Assembly (NCBI GenBank): GCA_013265495.1
Contig: MU057744.1
Location: 434,001-498,000, forward strand
Source of the DNA: Vicugna vicugna
Taxonomy: Eukaryota
Direction of reading: 5' to 3'
DNA length: 64,000 nucleotides
Shown: positions 10,980 to 23,499 of the stretch, piece by piece
How the letters are laid out: every line of letters begins with the position of its first letter
How positions within the stretch are numbered: the first letter of the stretch is position 1
The notes under the pieces: model-generated
Told to the model about the DNA's origin: nothing
Database searches by the model: none
Seen by the model: only the letters and a program-made list of their open reading frames with translations
Translations under genes and position numbers: made by a program

Positions 10980-13900
10980 GATAGCCACAAAACCAGTGTT
11001 TTATTGAAGTACAACATCGATACAGAAAAGGGTGCATGCGTGGAGAATTTTTACAAACTGGACACACCCAGGTAACCAGCAACCAGACCAAGAAACAGAA
11101 CATCCGAGAAGTTCCCTTGTGCCCTTCCGGTGACCAGGCCCCCAGAGTCACTCACCTCCCTGCTTGCCACAGCGGAGGTGAGCCCTGCCGGGGTTCGCAC
11201 TTGATAGACACGGAACCACCCGCTCCCGGACCTGCCTTCTCTCGTGAGATGTTGTGTGTGCACCTGCCGAAGCATCCCAGGACTTCATGGTGCGGACACA
11301 CCGTGATTTGTTTATCCATTCAACATGGGCACCTGGGTCCTTTCCAGTCTGGGGTTATTATGAGCAGCGCTTCTAGAACATTCTAGTACCCTACTTTTGG
11401 CGAAAATACATACACATTTCTGTTCACTTGGGAATGGAGTTTTTAGGTCATGTGACACACACATTCAACCCAGGCTATTTTGTAGAAGAGGAGGGAATTT
11501 CTTGGATGAAGCTTGGAGGCTCAGAGAACTGACAGAAAGCTGGGAAGGAGACCTGGGTAAGGACCGAGGCAGCTCAGTAGGGCCAAAGAATGGAGCAGAA
11601 ATGGTCTGCTTGTGACCTGGCCATCCCTCGACATTGTTACCAGTGGACACACCATCCCTGCAGCCTACCAGTCCTAGACACCTCCCCTGCTCGACCACTG
11701 CCACCCCGACCACTGCAGCTCTCATGAAACGAATCTCAGCATCCCTAAATGTTTGTGTCACTAGCTCTGAGCTCACAGTCCCAAGTATGGGAGTCCTAGG
11801 AGCCTGCCCTGGTCACTGGGCACTCTGGTGCTGGGAAAGGGGGGTGCACCTGAGAGACAGGGAAGCCCTCCCCCACTTCAGCAACCACAGTGGGAGGGGG
11901 TACTGTATCCCACCCAATTTATACATAAGGGGTGAGTTCCCCATTTAGGAAAGGGGTCAGGTGCTAGACAGCCAAGCTGGAAACACCGAATGACAACTGG
12001 TGCACCCCACTTCATCAGTTCCCAGCGACTTGGAGGGGAGGGGCTGGTGTGCACGTTTGCATATCTCGCAGCCCATGTGCCTGAACTTGCCTTTAAGGGA
12101 CACATTAGAAGGGGCAAGCCACACGAAACACCGTAGGTGTGGAAGGAAATGGTGTCACGGAAGGAGAGAAAGCATCTCATGGAGGGATGCAAGGAAGAGG
12201 GGAGGAAAAGGGAAAAGTGGGAAAGGGAGAGGAGAATCTGGAGGGGCAGCAAAAAGTGAAAACAAAGGGGAGAAAGTTTGGTTAAGACCAGAAGCACATT
12301 TTTTTTCTTGACCTGATTTAGCCAGTTTCTGGGCTGTCCCACTTTGTGGGCCTCTCTAATGTGCTTTTATGGATTGTGCTTTTGCTTTATCAGGTTAATG
12401 ATGTTGACACGGACCACAGAATAAAGACAGCCTGGTCATCAACCGAAACAGAGGAGGCTGCGAAGTCTATTTATCACGGACAGCATACAATTCCGAGACC
12501 GTCTGAGCACACAGCTTCCTAACGACACTGGCATTATCAGGGAGCTTTCACGAAACGAAGAATGGGTTTTAGCCAAAGCAGCCGAGAATAAAAGCGTCCT
12601 GAAACCGTCTAGCAAGGGTAGCAAGTCATTAACTGATCGGAAAATTACATTTGCCTCTTTGTAGGCAATTTTACATGATTCCTCCAACTGAATTGTGGAT
12701 CTGTGAAGTCATACATTCATCCTTCCCTGTACTATACTGGGCACTGAGAGCATTTGTTTTAAATGATCATCAGAGCTGTCATCCACGTCGCATCGCCCTC
12801 TGTCCCAGACAGAAAGGCAGGAGGAGTAACTACCATCACCCCTGATTTGCAGGTTGGGACATTCCAGACACACAGTGGCCTGCCCTGTATCATACAGTAA
12901 GCTGCTGCTCCCAGTTTCCAAACAAACAACAGAAGCACACTTGGACAAAGCGCCCTCTGCTCCTGTGGTGTGTTTCCCTTCCTTTCTCGGGGACAGTAGG
13001 AGTTTGTTTTCGGTGGGGTCTGCAAGCTTGTCTCAGAAAAACAAGAGCTCTCTAGCCTTTCACAGGGGCAGCCATGTGTCACCCTCTGTAAGCTCTCAGA
13101 AGACGGGCCCGACAGGCCTGCTCCTGCAGAGAGAAGTGGGGTGCCGGGTGGACCCTCTTGATGATGCTTCATGGCACATGGCTCAGGTCGTCTGCATGTC
13201 TGCCTACCTACCTGCAAACAGGCAGACCTGGAAGGCGGGGTAACTCAGGGGTTCAGGCTGGGCTCTGGGGCCCAACTGTCTGCACTCAGGGCCCAGCCTC
13301 CCGGCTTACCATCTACAACCTTAGGGAAACGGCATAGTCCTTCTGTGCCTCGGTTTCCCTCTTCTATACAGCTGTACTCAGGGCATTTATCCCTTGTCAG
13401 AGGAGTGGATCCATGGGGCTGCTCCGACCCGCGGATCGTGCCTGGTGAGCCGCTGCCCTGCCTCGCTCCTCTGGCTGGAGCCGCCCTGGTGAACCCCCGC
13501 AGGGCCCAGTGCTGCGCCCCGAGCGGGTCCTTGGTAACGCAGCCCACGTTGGAACTACAGGGGAGAAGCCAGGACAGATGCAGCAGGGAGAGGTGGCCTG
13601 TGGAGAGGGGAGATGGTCTCCCTGGCCACGCGGCTGGAGCACAGAAACAGACGTAACCGTGTGACGATTACGGCTAAGCGCTCTGCAGCATCCGCCCAGC
13701 ACGTACATTTGTAGAAGGACCACCTCCGAAGTGACGGGTGACGGTCAGTGGGAATTGGGTCTGGGCCCCAGGAGGGCGCATGTGTAGAAGACCAGCCGAT
13801 GATGTGCGCTGTTTGCTTTTCAGCAGGAAGACGGAAGAGCGGGAAACAGAAAGCTTCCAGAACGGCTGTCTCGAGAGCTGGAAACTTGACCCATATTCTT

Positions 13901-14305
13901 CGGCTGGTCAGCGAGCTCTAACCTGACCCTGAATTTCTGTGAATGGGGGACTGTGGAGTACATTTGTTCCTCCTCCATAAATGACCCACTGCAGTGCATA
14001 GACTTGACGTATGTGAACTCGGGAATTAGATGCTTAAAAAAAATTAAGCCCTTGGACCCACACTTATTTTGACTTGGCACACTCGTTATTTGGCTACAAA
14101 AATGTCTGTTTTCTTTGCTAATCATGAAAATCGCATGTAAACGAAAAGAAAACTGAAATCGAACGCCAATGACGAAAACCAACGAGACGCCGCGGCGGGC
14201 GGGGCCGACCTGGTCCGGGAGGGGCAGGTGGGCGGCCTCCCTGCAGCGAGGAGCACGCGCGGCCTCTGCCGGGAGGCTACGAAGATACTTCGGTAACACG
14301 CGGAG
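10980..14305 (-). other. GNG4: Probable GNG4 3'UTR (~3.3 kb)
   Basis: Follows the TGA. The first minus-strand AATAAA I found by eye is at 11005-11000, followed by U/GU-rich sequence (ggttttgtgg...ggttttcttttcctttttg). The end point is inferred. Confidence 0.55.
10998..11460 (-). mobile_element. Ancient L1 (L1ME-like) 3' end
   Basis: ttttattgaagtacaacat..acagaaaag..ttttacaaactggacacacc..gtaaccagcaaccagaccaagaaacagaacat resembles the reverse complement of old L1M 3' ends. Confidence 0.6.
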
Positions 14306-14434
14306 TCAGAGGATGGTACAAAAGAACTTCTTCTCGCGGAAGGGGTTTTCCGACGCAGGCACTGGGATGATGAGAGGGTCCTCCCGCACGTGGGCCTCGC
14401 AGTACGCCAGGAGGTCGGCCGCCGCCTGGGAGAC
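14306..14434 (-). CDS. GNG4: GNG4 last coding exon (aa 34-75 plus stop)
   Basis: Reads [42 protein letters not shown], with the GGL-domain DPL and NPF motifs and CaaX CTIL. Acceptor tgtccccccAG|GTC at 14436-14435 is in phase with the upstream donor; spliced CDS is 228 nt. Confidence 0.97.
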   Translation of the reverse strand, partial: VSQAAADLLAYCEAHVREDPLIIPVPASENPFREKKFFCTIL

Positions 14435-14928
14435 CTGGGGGGACACAGCACAGGCGGGGTTAGAGGCGGGTTCGGGGCGGGTCCGAGGCCTGGGGAGAGC
14501 GCGTGTGCAAACCTGCCTGTGAAGCAGAGAGAGGTCGCCCTCAGGGTAGGGTGAGATCAGCACCGCGAGAGGAGCCAGGAGCCCGCAGGGGGGTCCAGAC
14601 AGCCTCACTCTGCTCTGAGCTGCGTGCTGAGCCAGGCTCCAGGCCAGGAGCTCACAACTGCTCCGCTAAACCGCTTCTAGACCAAAAAAGCCGAGTGCTG
14701 GCCCACACCAACCAGAGTGAGGGTACTGATGATTATTACTGCTGGTATTGTTTTATTGCAGTCCATGTCATGACCAACACAGACGCCTGGCCCTTCTCAA
14801 CAGAACATGTACAGAAGCACACATGAAAAAGAATATGAAAACAATGATGTGTTTGTTGTACACCAGAAACTGACACATTGTAACTGACTATATTTCAATT
14901 AAAAAAAATTTTTTTAAAGCACATCACA

Positions 14929-15060
14929 GGGGGAGGATATAGCTCAGTGGTAGAGTGTGTGCTTAGCAGGCACGAGGTCTTGGGTTCAATCCCCAGTACC
15001 TCTGTTAAACAAACAAACCTAATTACCCCCTCCAAAAAAACCCCAAAATAAATAAAATAA
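14929..15060 (+). mobile_element. Vic-1-like SINE
   Basis: A/B boxes and AAACCTAATTACCCCC tail. Confidence 0.85.
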
Positions 15061-15069
15061 TTTTTAAAA

Positions 15070-15345
15070 AAGATGTGGTATATTTATACACATTTATACC
15101 ACTCAGCCATAAAAAAATAAAAAAGAATGTGATAATGCCATTTACAGCAACATGGATAGACCTGGAGATTGTCATTCTAAGTAAAGTAAGTCAGAAAGAG
15201 AAAGAAAAAATGCCATATGGTATCGCTTATATGTGGAATCTAAAAAAACGGCCACAAACGAACTTACCTACAAAACAGACACAGACTCACACAGAAAACA
15301 AACTTATGGTTACCAGGGTGGGAAGGGATAAACTGAGAATTTGAA
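15070..15345 (+). mobile_element. L1 3' fragment
   Basis: [26 protein letters not shown] (end of ORF2). Confidence 0.85.
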
Positions 15346-16959
15346 ATTCACACCTCCTGGGGAGTGATGGAAATGTTAGCCATCTTGATCGTGGTGGTGC
15401 TTTCATTGGTGTATACATCTATCAAAACTCATCGAACTGTTCATCTGAAATACGTGTAGGTCGCAGGGGCTGGAATCCTCCAAATAATCCTAGTCAAGAT
15501 AGGTAACGCATTTTTCCTTCAGATAAAGCAACTGAAAGTAGCCCAGATGCGTCAAACAAAATCTTGACAAAGCCTGCATTTCGGGGAGCGTGGAATGGAG
15601 AGAACGGGTGCCAATGAGCATCAGGCTTTCAGGTCCATCTTTGCCCCCAAGATGGCTGGGTGACCTTAGGTAAGCAGCTCAAACTCTCTGAGCTTTAGTT
15701 TCCCCCGTGGTCAAACTGGGAGAGTTAGGTCTCTCCAAGGTCCCCTTTACGCTCAACAGGATACAATTCTAGCTCTAAGAGCAGCGTGGCAGTATTTTAG
15801 ATTCCAAGTAAATGCACGCTGAGGGGAATGAGAGTGAAGTCTGCAATCATGTGGATGCCCATGCAGGAATCTCCCAGGGGCGGTGGAGGCCACAGACAGA
15901 GGCCTGCAGAGGACCTGTGAAGCCATCACCGGGGACTAGAGCGCAGGAGAACCGGAATCACGCAGTGAGGGCAGCCGCGTGCTGGCACGGAGCCCAGGGG
16001 ACTGCGCCACCATGCCACATGCTATCTGCCCCCTTCTGAACCCAAGCCAAGTGTTCTCCCCTGACTGCCTTGGTCATGACCTGCCTCCTGGCCACCCCCG
16101 GCTTCTTCCCGTGCCCAGAGAGGCATGGGGTCTCCTCCGTGGCCGCCATGTTAGGGCACTGTATTCACCCAGAGGTTCTTCTGGCAACCACAGCAAACTG
16201 GTCTTTGCAGATGCCCAGACCAGCACCCACAAGAGGGTGGCGTGGTTGGAACAACCACCTTCCTCTGCTCAGACTCACCTGTCCCCTCGGCTCGGCTAGG
16301 CCTCCGCCCCTGACACCGGTGAGCTCTTCCACGTGGCTCATTTCAGAATGTCTGATCTGACCATCACCCCCTCTCTAGTTTCCTGGTTTCCATTTTCCCC
16401 TTTATCTTGGGGGGACCTGCCTCCCTTGATTCTGAACTCTCTATAAACCTCATTATCTCATCTGGGAAATAATGTTTTAGCGAATTGAGAGGATATAGAG
16501 GAAACGTAAGGCAAGATTTTTGCCCTCTGGAGATCTGACTGAGAAGACTCAAAAAATTTTAAAGTTACTGTAATAATCACCATGTGCTAAAACATCACAA
16601 AAGAACAGCTGCACACCACCGCGGGACCGTGGACCAGGGCAGGGAGACAGGGGTGTCTGAGTGCCCCACCCGGCTCCATGTGGGGGCAGTTACCTCGGTA
16701 AACCTGCCCCCTTTATCCTGATGCTAGTCCCAGCCTTCTGGGTCCAGAAACACGATTTTCTTGCATGCCAAGAATGGATCCCCTCTTGGGGCAGGTCCGT
16801 ATTAAGCCAGTTCAAGAGACGGCTGTATACAACCATTATTAAAATAACGGTTAATATTTACAGAGTGCTTCTTACTCGCCAGGCACTGTGCTAACACATC
16901 ATTATATGTATTACCTCACTTAATTCTTCTAGATACTAGTCTCCTTTTTTTTTTTAGTG

Positions 16960-17490
16960 TGACTTTTTTTTTTTAATTGAAGTATAGTTGATTTATAATG
17001 TGTTAGTTTCTGGTGTACAGCGTAGTGATTCACCTATACGTATATATTCACTTTCACTATAGGTTACTACAGAAATTGATTGTAGCTCCCCGTGCTGCAC
17101 AGTAGGACCTTGATGCTTATGTGTTTTATACGTAGTAGTGTGCGTCCGCTAATTCCAAGCCCCTAATTCACCGTCGCCCTCCCTGTCCCCTTTGGTAATC
17201 GTAAACTTGTTTTCTGTGTCTGTGAGTCTCTTTTTGTTTTGTAAGTAAGTTCATTTGTATCGTTTTTTTAGATTCCACATATGTGATATATATTTGTCTT
17301 TCTCTGTTTGTCTTCACTTACAGCAGTGATTTAGTTCCACATATATATTCCTGTCTTGTTCTTTCAGTTTACAGTGTTGTGTCAATGTCTGGGGCACAGC
17401 ATCATGTTTCAGTCATACATATACATACATATAGTCTTTTTAATATTCTTTTTCATTATAGGTTATTACAAGTTATTGCATATAGTTCAT
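16960..17490 (-). mobile_element. L1 3'UTR fragments within a MIR
   Basis: ttaattgaagtatagttgatttataatg...ttagattccacatatgtgata; MIR-like flanks at ~16860-16930 and ~17510-17600. Confidence 0.8.
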
Positions 17491-19755
17491 TCTGAGTCCT
17501 ATTCTTAAAGCCACTTTATAGATGAGGAAACCAAGGCCTGAAAGTTAAGAAACTTGCCGAAGGTCTCATGTCTAGTAAGAGAGAAGGCCGGAATTTGGAG
17601 CTTAGCAGTCTGAGCATGGAAGCTATGCATTATAGCGGCCGCAGGATTAACTGTTAATGAAGACTGTATGGTGGCCTGGAACATTCTCGTCAGCTAGAGT
17701 CAATGTGCCCAAATTTGAGAAAGTGACGCTCAAGACCAACCAGTCACAAAGAGCCCACGAGGTGCCCCCAAATAAAGCAACTGCTTAAGCTAAACCAATC
17801 AAACAACGGCGTGGCGTGGCTTCAGCATCTCCCCCCTAAACACCCTGCCTTCCGCCTGCTGGTGAACGGCGGCTAACTACTTTGGTCTGGTGTTTCCTGA
17901 TGCGACTCCGTATGTGCCCAGATTAAACACTTCAACATGTCTAATGTGCCTCCGTTGGCCTCCAACCACACGACGCAGCCAGTCCGAAGGTGGCTTGCTA
18001 AATTATCATGACAGCTTCCTTCCCCTGGATCAGTTTCCTTGTTCAGATGCTCGCCAACCTCCAAGGAGGGTGGATTTGACGAGTCATTTCCAGAGAGCAA
18101 CCACAAGGGGGCGCTGCACCGCCAACCGTCAGGCGAGGGCGTGGGAGGAGGGGCTCGAAAAATGGGGCTTTGGGGGACGGCCTCGTGGGGGAGAGACAGG
18201 CCGGGTCGCTCTCCTGCCTCCCATCAGTGCATCTGCTCCCCACTCGGCTGCCTGGCAGCTGTGCTGCTAATGTCTGGCCTGGCTGAGCTCTAAGCCGGTC
18301 TCATTTAGGCATTTTTCTATCACCTCCAAAGGTGGCGCACTTGACGCCACAATTTTTCTTTCAAGAAAACAAGCTGTTCTTAGATTGTCTCCCTTTGTTT
18401 TTGCTGCCGTTGTTCTGGGGCCACAGGCCTGTTTGCTGAGGTATAACGATGCTCCTCTGGGTCGGAGTTCCATTCGCGCGCCTGTCCCACAGGAACGACA
18501 TCGCAGCCACGGCGGTGACGGCGCCGAGTAATTAGCGCCCCGCGGAAGGCCCGGTGTGTGGCTCCGGGCCGGCTCCACGCCATGCTGATTTCCTAGATGC
18601 ACTAAGGTTATTGTTACTGCGAATCCGGTAAAACACAGCACACGGGAGCCTAGGTCATCCTGCAACGGAAGGGGGTTTCCACCTTTCCCACCTTAGCCGT
18701 CAGCCTTATTTCATGTAGTGCCCAAGGTCCCCTTGTTCCTGGCTAACCCCTGAAGTTTGTTGTAATAGGATCTGAAAAGATAAATACACGTAATGAACAT
18801 CTTAATGAGCCTGCCGCACGGAAGGCCACACCTTAATGCACAGCTTAGTATCCAGGCGTGAATTAATGTAAACCTGCTCCTGAGATGGAAGGGGAGGGTT
18901 TTCTTAATCAGCCCTAGACTGACTTACATGATTGAACGCTTCCTTCAGTGCATGTGAAATATGGTTTGCAGACACGGCCAAATCCCATGAACACCGGCCA
19001 CCTTTGAAACGTAAAATAAAAAACTGGCTTTCAAAGAGAAAATTGTATTCTGGTTGGAAACTTAAAACTCCCTTCCTCTTATCAAGCCTGACGTCTACTC
19101 TGGCTGAAGTCCTCTGGTACCGATGCCCAGAGCATTATTCCTGCCTCCTCTCTTGGTACTGAACTGCTAAGAGTTACAAGACAACAGATGTTGAAGACAA
19201 TCAGCAGCCTGGGAACAACTGCGGAATTTGACCGTTACATTTCAGAGTAAAAGAGGCGATTAAAACTGCCCAAGTTAGCATGCAGTCCTGTTAGCTGTGC
19301 TTTAATTACAAGCCTCAATGATGGGAGAAAGCACTGCAATTACTAAGTCACATTCCACGGCAAGACAGATGACGTAATTACTGTTCTGGCTGTGACACCC
19401 AGCGCATTTATCCTTTGCATCTAGAGCAGAGTGGCCCACACCTATTTCTCAGCAACCCCGGTCTATTTAACAACACTGCTTGGAATCAACTGCAAGCATC
19501 CTTGATGCCTCTGCCAGTTCCTCCCTCCACCCCAAGAAAACAGCAGGATTGCAGTCGGGAGCACAGTCAGGGTGCAGCCCCAGGGCGCAGTGATAGCTTT
19601 CACAAGGTCAAACTTGGGACGCACTCCGACACCAGAGGTCACGTGCCGTTTATCCCGCGCAGAACCCTCAGGACATTACAGGTCTCTGCCTCTCGTCTAA
19701 ATTCTGAGCTAATGCTTCAAGGTGAATCCTTGTAAATGTCTTCTTTCTTCTAATG

Positions 19756-19895
19756 TTTTATTTTATTTTTATTTTCTGGTGGGGGGAGGTAATTAGGTTT
19801 ACTTATTTATTTTTAGAGGAGGTACCGGGGATTGAACCCAGGACCTTGTGTAGGCTAAGCATGTGCTCTACCCCTTGAGCTATACCTCCTCCTCC
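19756..19895 (-). mobile_element. Vic-1-like SINE
   Basis: GGAGGTAATTAGGTTT...GGGGATTGAACCCAGG...TGAGCTATACC. Confidence 0.85.
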
Positions 19896-20001
19896 AATTT
19901 TTAAAAAATGCTTTATTTTATTTTTATTTGTAATGTTGGATAGTATTTGAGGTCAACACACCCGTTCTTAAGGGCAGTCTCAAGATACTTCCATGTTTTG
20001 A

Positions 20002-20328
20002 TGCTATAGACTATGTGTCTTCCCCCACCACCTCCAATTCGTATGCTGAAGCCCTAATTTCCAATGTGATGGTGTTTGGAGGTGGGGCCTTTGGTAGGTA
20101 AGGGTTGAACCTTCATGAAAGGGATTAGTGCCCTTAGAAGAAGAGACAGGGGAGAGGTACCCTCTCTCCCCCCTCCACGTGAACCAGCAAGAAGGCGGCC
20201 ACATGGAAGAGAGCCCGCACCACAACCTGACCACGCTGGCCCCTGCTCTGAGACTTCCCAGCCTGCAGAGCTGTGAAAAAGGAATTTCTAGTCTATGATA
20301 TTGTGTTACAGCAGCATGAGCTAAGACC
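20002..20328 (+). mobile_element. MaLR LTR (MLT1A-like)
   Basis: tgctatagact..gtatgctgaagccctaa..tttggaggtggggcctttgg...ttgtgttacagcagcatgagctaagac. Confidence 0.78.
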
Positions 20329-20359
20329 TTTGCTTCCCAGTGGCTCCCAGCAACTACTC

Positions 20360-20505
20360 TTTTCTTTTTTGGGGGGGTGGGGGTAGGGAGGTAATTAGGT
20401 TTATTTATTTATTAAAACAATTTTTAAACTGGAGGTACTGGGGATTGAACCCAGGACCTCGTGCATGCTAAGCAAACACTCTACCACTGACCTGTGCCTT
20501 CCCCC
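20360..20505 (-). mobile_element. Vic-1-like SINE
   Basis: Same motifs; TSD CCCAG(C/T)AACTACTCT at ~20346 and ~20508. Confidence 0.85.
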
Positions 20506-21659
20506 TGCCCAGTAACTACTCTTTATTGACCCAGATCAATACAGGCAATTCTCAGTCATTGGGTCCTAGGTCACACTTAGCGTCTGGCTAGAAGCGAGTA
20601 AGGTTACTCCTGGGGGAAATCAGAGGGGGTAGGAGGTATGCGTGAATAAATGAATACTATAACAGAGAGTCCCTCTCTGAATTCTAAAGTCAAATGTCCA
20701 GAATAATGTTTAGCTTTACCAGCATAAAGAATTTTTTCCGCACATCAAAAGGTAATTCTAAGATGCTTGCAAGAAAGTTTTAATATCTCCAAGTTAACCT
20801 AAGTAAGAGCTTCTTATCACACAGCCTTCACCACGGGAATTACAAAGCTCTCAGTTTGTTTAGGGCAATTGACCCAGGTTCACCCTCGACCCTGACTTAA
20901 CCAAACCCTTTCAAACAGGCTGGTATGTGTCCTGCATGACTCTGACCACCTCTCGTCTTTGATACAGCCCAGTATCCCACAGAAGCCAGAATGCGGTCAT
21001 TTTGCAAGTTCACCAAAAGAGTAATTTATGTGGTGATGGGAACTTGTGGGTCACTCAGGAGGTTTCTGGGACTGACTGAGAGGTGAAAGATGAACAGAAT
21101 GATGGATTCTAGCTCTAGGGTTTCTAGAAAGCCAGCGGCATCTCTGAGAGAGGAAGCACAGGGTTGTGAGCCAGAAAGAATGCCCCCTTGGCAGATATAC
21201 TACTAATATATAAAGCAGATAAACAACAGGGTCCTACTGTACAGCACAGGGAACCATATTCAGTTTCCTGTAATAGCCTATAATAAAAAAATGAAAAGGA
21301 ATATATGTATGTATAACTGAATCACCGTGCTGTGCACCAGGAATGAACACGTTGTAAATCATCTATAGTTCAATCAGAACAAACACACAAACAGCAGACC
21401 GCTGAGCTGGGTCGTCCTGGACAACCCACAGCGAGCAGGCACTCAGCCCACCCCCGCAAACTGGAGTTATGGCAGCTGCTTGTTTTTGGTTGAGTGATTA
21501 CACAGGTGCTGTCACACACACAGTGTGTCATCCATGACTGTTGGTAAGTGCGAAAGGATGTTTGAGCCCTAGACACAAGGAAGTTTCTCAGAAACGATCG
21601 GGACCATCTGATGCCGGTGGTGCCCCCACCCAAAATGTCCCCCTGCAGGGGGATGAACG

Positions 21660-21790
21660 TTTCTTTTCTTTCTGGGGAGGATTAGGTATTTACTTACTTA
21701 CTTACTTACTCACTGGAGGGGCTGGGGATTGAACCCGGGACCTTACGCGTGCTGAACACGTGCTCCGCTACTGAGCTACACCCTCTGCCT
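21660..21790 (-). mobile_element. Vic-1-like SINE
   Basis: GGGGATTGAACCCGGG...CTGAGCTACACCC. Confidence 0.8.
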
Positions 21791-22567
21791 TTAGAGTTTT
21801 TTTCAATGCAGTGAAAACTTTCACTCAATGAACTGTGGATTTTTTTCCTTCCCAAACTCATATTATAAAAACATTTGCTCCTATCTTCCTAGTACTTTGA
21901 TGGTTTTATTTGTTACAGCTAAATCCTTGATTGAAGTTATGGACTGATATGTTTCCCAAACTCATATGTTGAAGCCATAACCCCAGTGAAAATTAAGAAA
22001 AGGGAACCTCACTAAAATGGAGTGGGAAGGCCGGAAGGGGGAGCTCTCGCCAATCTCACTCAAGCCCCGGCAATTTCAGACACCCAGAGAAGAATCAACA
22101 GGGAAGAACATCAGTTTCAAGTCCCAACAGGAAAAGAGGTGCGTGGCATCTCCTACGAGAAGTGGGCCACCCCAGCAACTCGGCCGACGAGAAACCGTCA
22201 TCACTCCGAAAGGTGCAAGCAGACGGCCTTTGTGAAAAGCCAGGTGGGTGGATGCCGAGGCTCACAGACCCGTGTCTGGTTTCCCTCTCTCAACCGGCAT
22301 TTCATGAATGAAGAGACACTTCCCAGGCAGAGGAGGGAAAAACCTTGCAGATGGAGCGATGATCGCGTGAAAAGGCAAAAGAACGTGTCACAGCCTGGAA
22401 TACTGAAGAAATGCTAGGGAAAGTGTGTGTGCAGACGTGTGGAAGGAAGTACACAGAGATGAGGCTGGAGGAGTTTTAGAAATTCCTTGAATACAATGAG
22501 TGGGCTGATTAAGAGTCTTGTAGGTCATACAGAGCAATGCCTGTTTTATTCACTGCAGTTTTACTAA

Positions 22568-22657
22568 TTTTTTTTAACTGAAGTACTGGGGATTGAACCC
22601 GGGACCTCATGCATGCTAAGCACGCACTCTATCACTGAGCTATACCTTTCCCCCTCC
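22568..22657 (-). mobile_element. Vic-1-like SINE (short)
   Basis: GGGGATTGAACCCGGG...CTGAGCTATACC. Confidence 0.8.
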
Positions 22658-23499
22658 TTTTATTTTTTTTTTTACTAATTTTTTCCACTGCAGTTTTAAG
22701 TAGAGGAATTCACAGTCAGATATTTCTAGTAGACCAATTTCGAGAAAGGGGAAGGATAGATCTGAGGAGGGAAGACTAGAGGCAGATCAACCACCTACAG
22801 CTCCTGCACTTGGCCAGGCAATAAAGGGAGACGGGTCTCAGAAAGGTTCATGGAGCTAAACTGGTAGGATTTGGAAACAGATTAGCTATGGTGGTGGGGG
22901 AAGAGAGTTGTTCATTTGAGAGACCAGGTGGTATAATGAAATGAAGGAGAATACACAAAAAGAACAGAATGAAATTTTTTTAAAAAGGTCAGTTTTGGAT
23001 GTGCTGATTTTAAAGGCTCTGGGGGGTTGACCAGTAGGCCCCTAGATACACAGAACAAAAGCTCAGTGGCTGCACTGGAGACACAGATACATAAAAAGCC
23101 ACAGGAATAAGTGAGTTTACCCAAGACGCTAAAGGTTTAAAAGAGAAGTGGGCTTGGCATAAAACTGGAGACCACTTGCGCTCATACGGCAGGAAGAGAC
23201 CTCGTAACGGGAACAAGAATGAGTGATCAGAGGTAGGAACAGAAATACTCTGGGGAGTTAGTGTCTGCTCAAACGTGGGAGAGCAGAATCATTTCAGATC
23301 AAGAGGGGGAATTACAGGTTGTTAATTATGAATGGTTTTAAATTTTGAAAAAATAAACTTTAAAAAAATTTTTATCTTGGTTCTTAACTAAATGACATAA
23401 TGGATTTTCGTGGATTAGATAGTTAAATGTGAAAAAAAAAAGAAAAGAACTAGAAAAAAATATGTGAATGTTTAATTTCAGCATGGGAAGGTTTATGTA

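Noticed and set aside
14556..14576. RE1 site ATCAGCACCGCGAGAGGAGCC
   Set aside because: Only the left half matches; no GGACAG right half.
14306..14608. Single-exon 100-aa ORF (and the 121-aa ORF 30141-30506) as standalone genes or pseudogenes
   Set aside because: G-gamma homology starts and stops exactly at canonical splice sites; the extensions are intron read-through.
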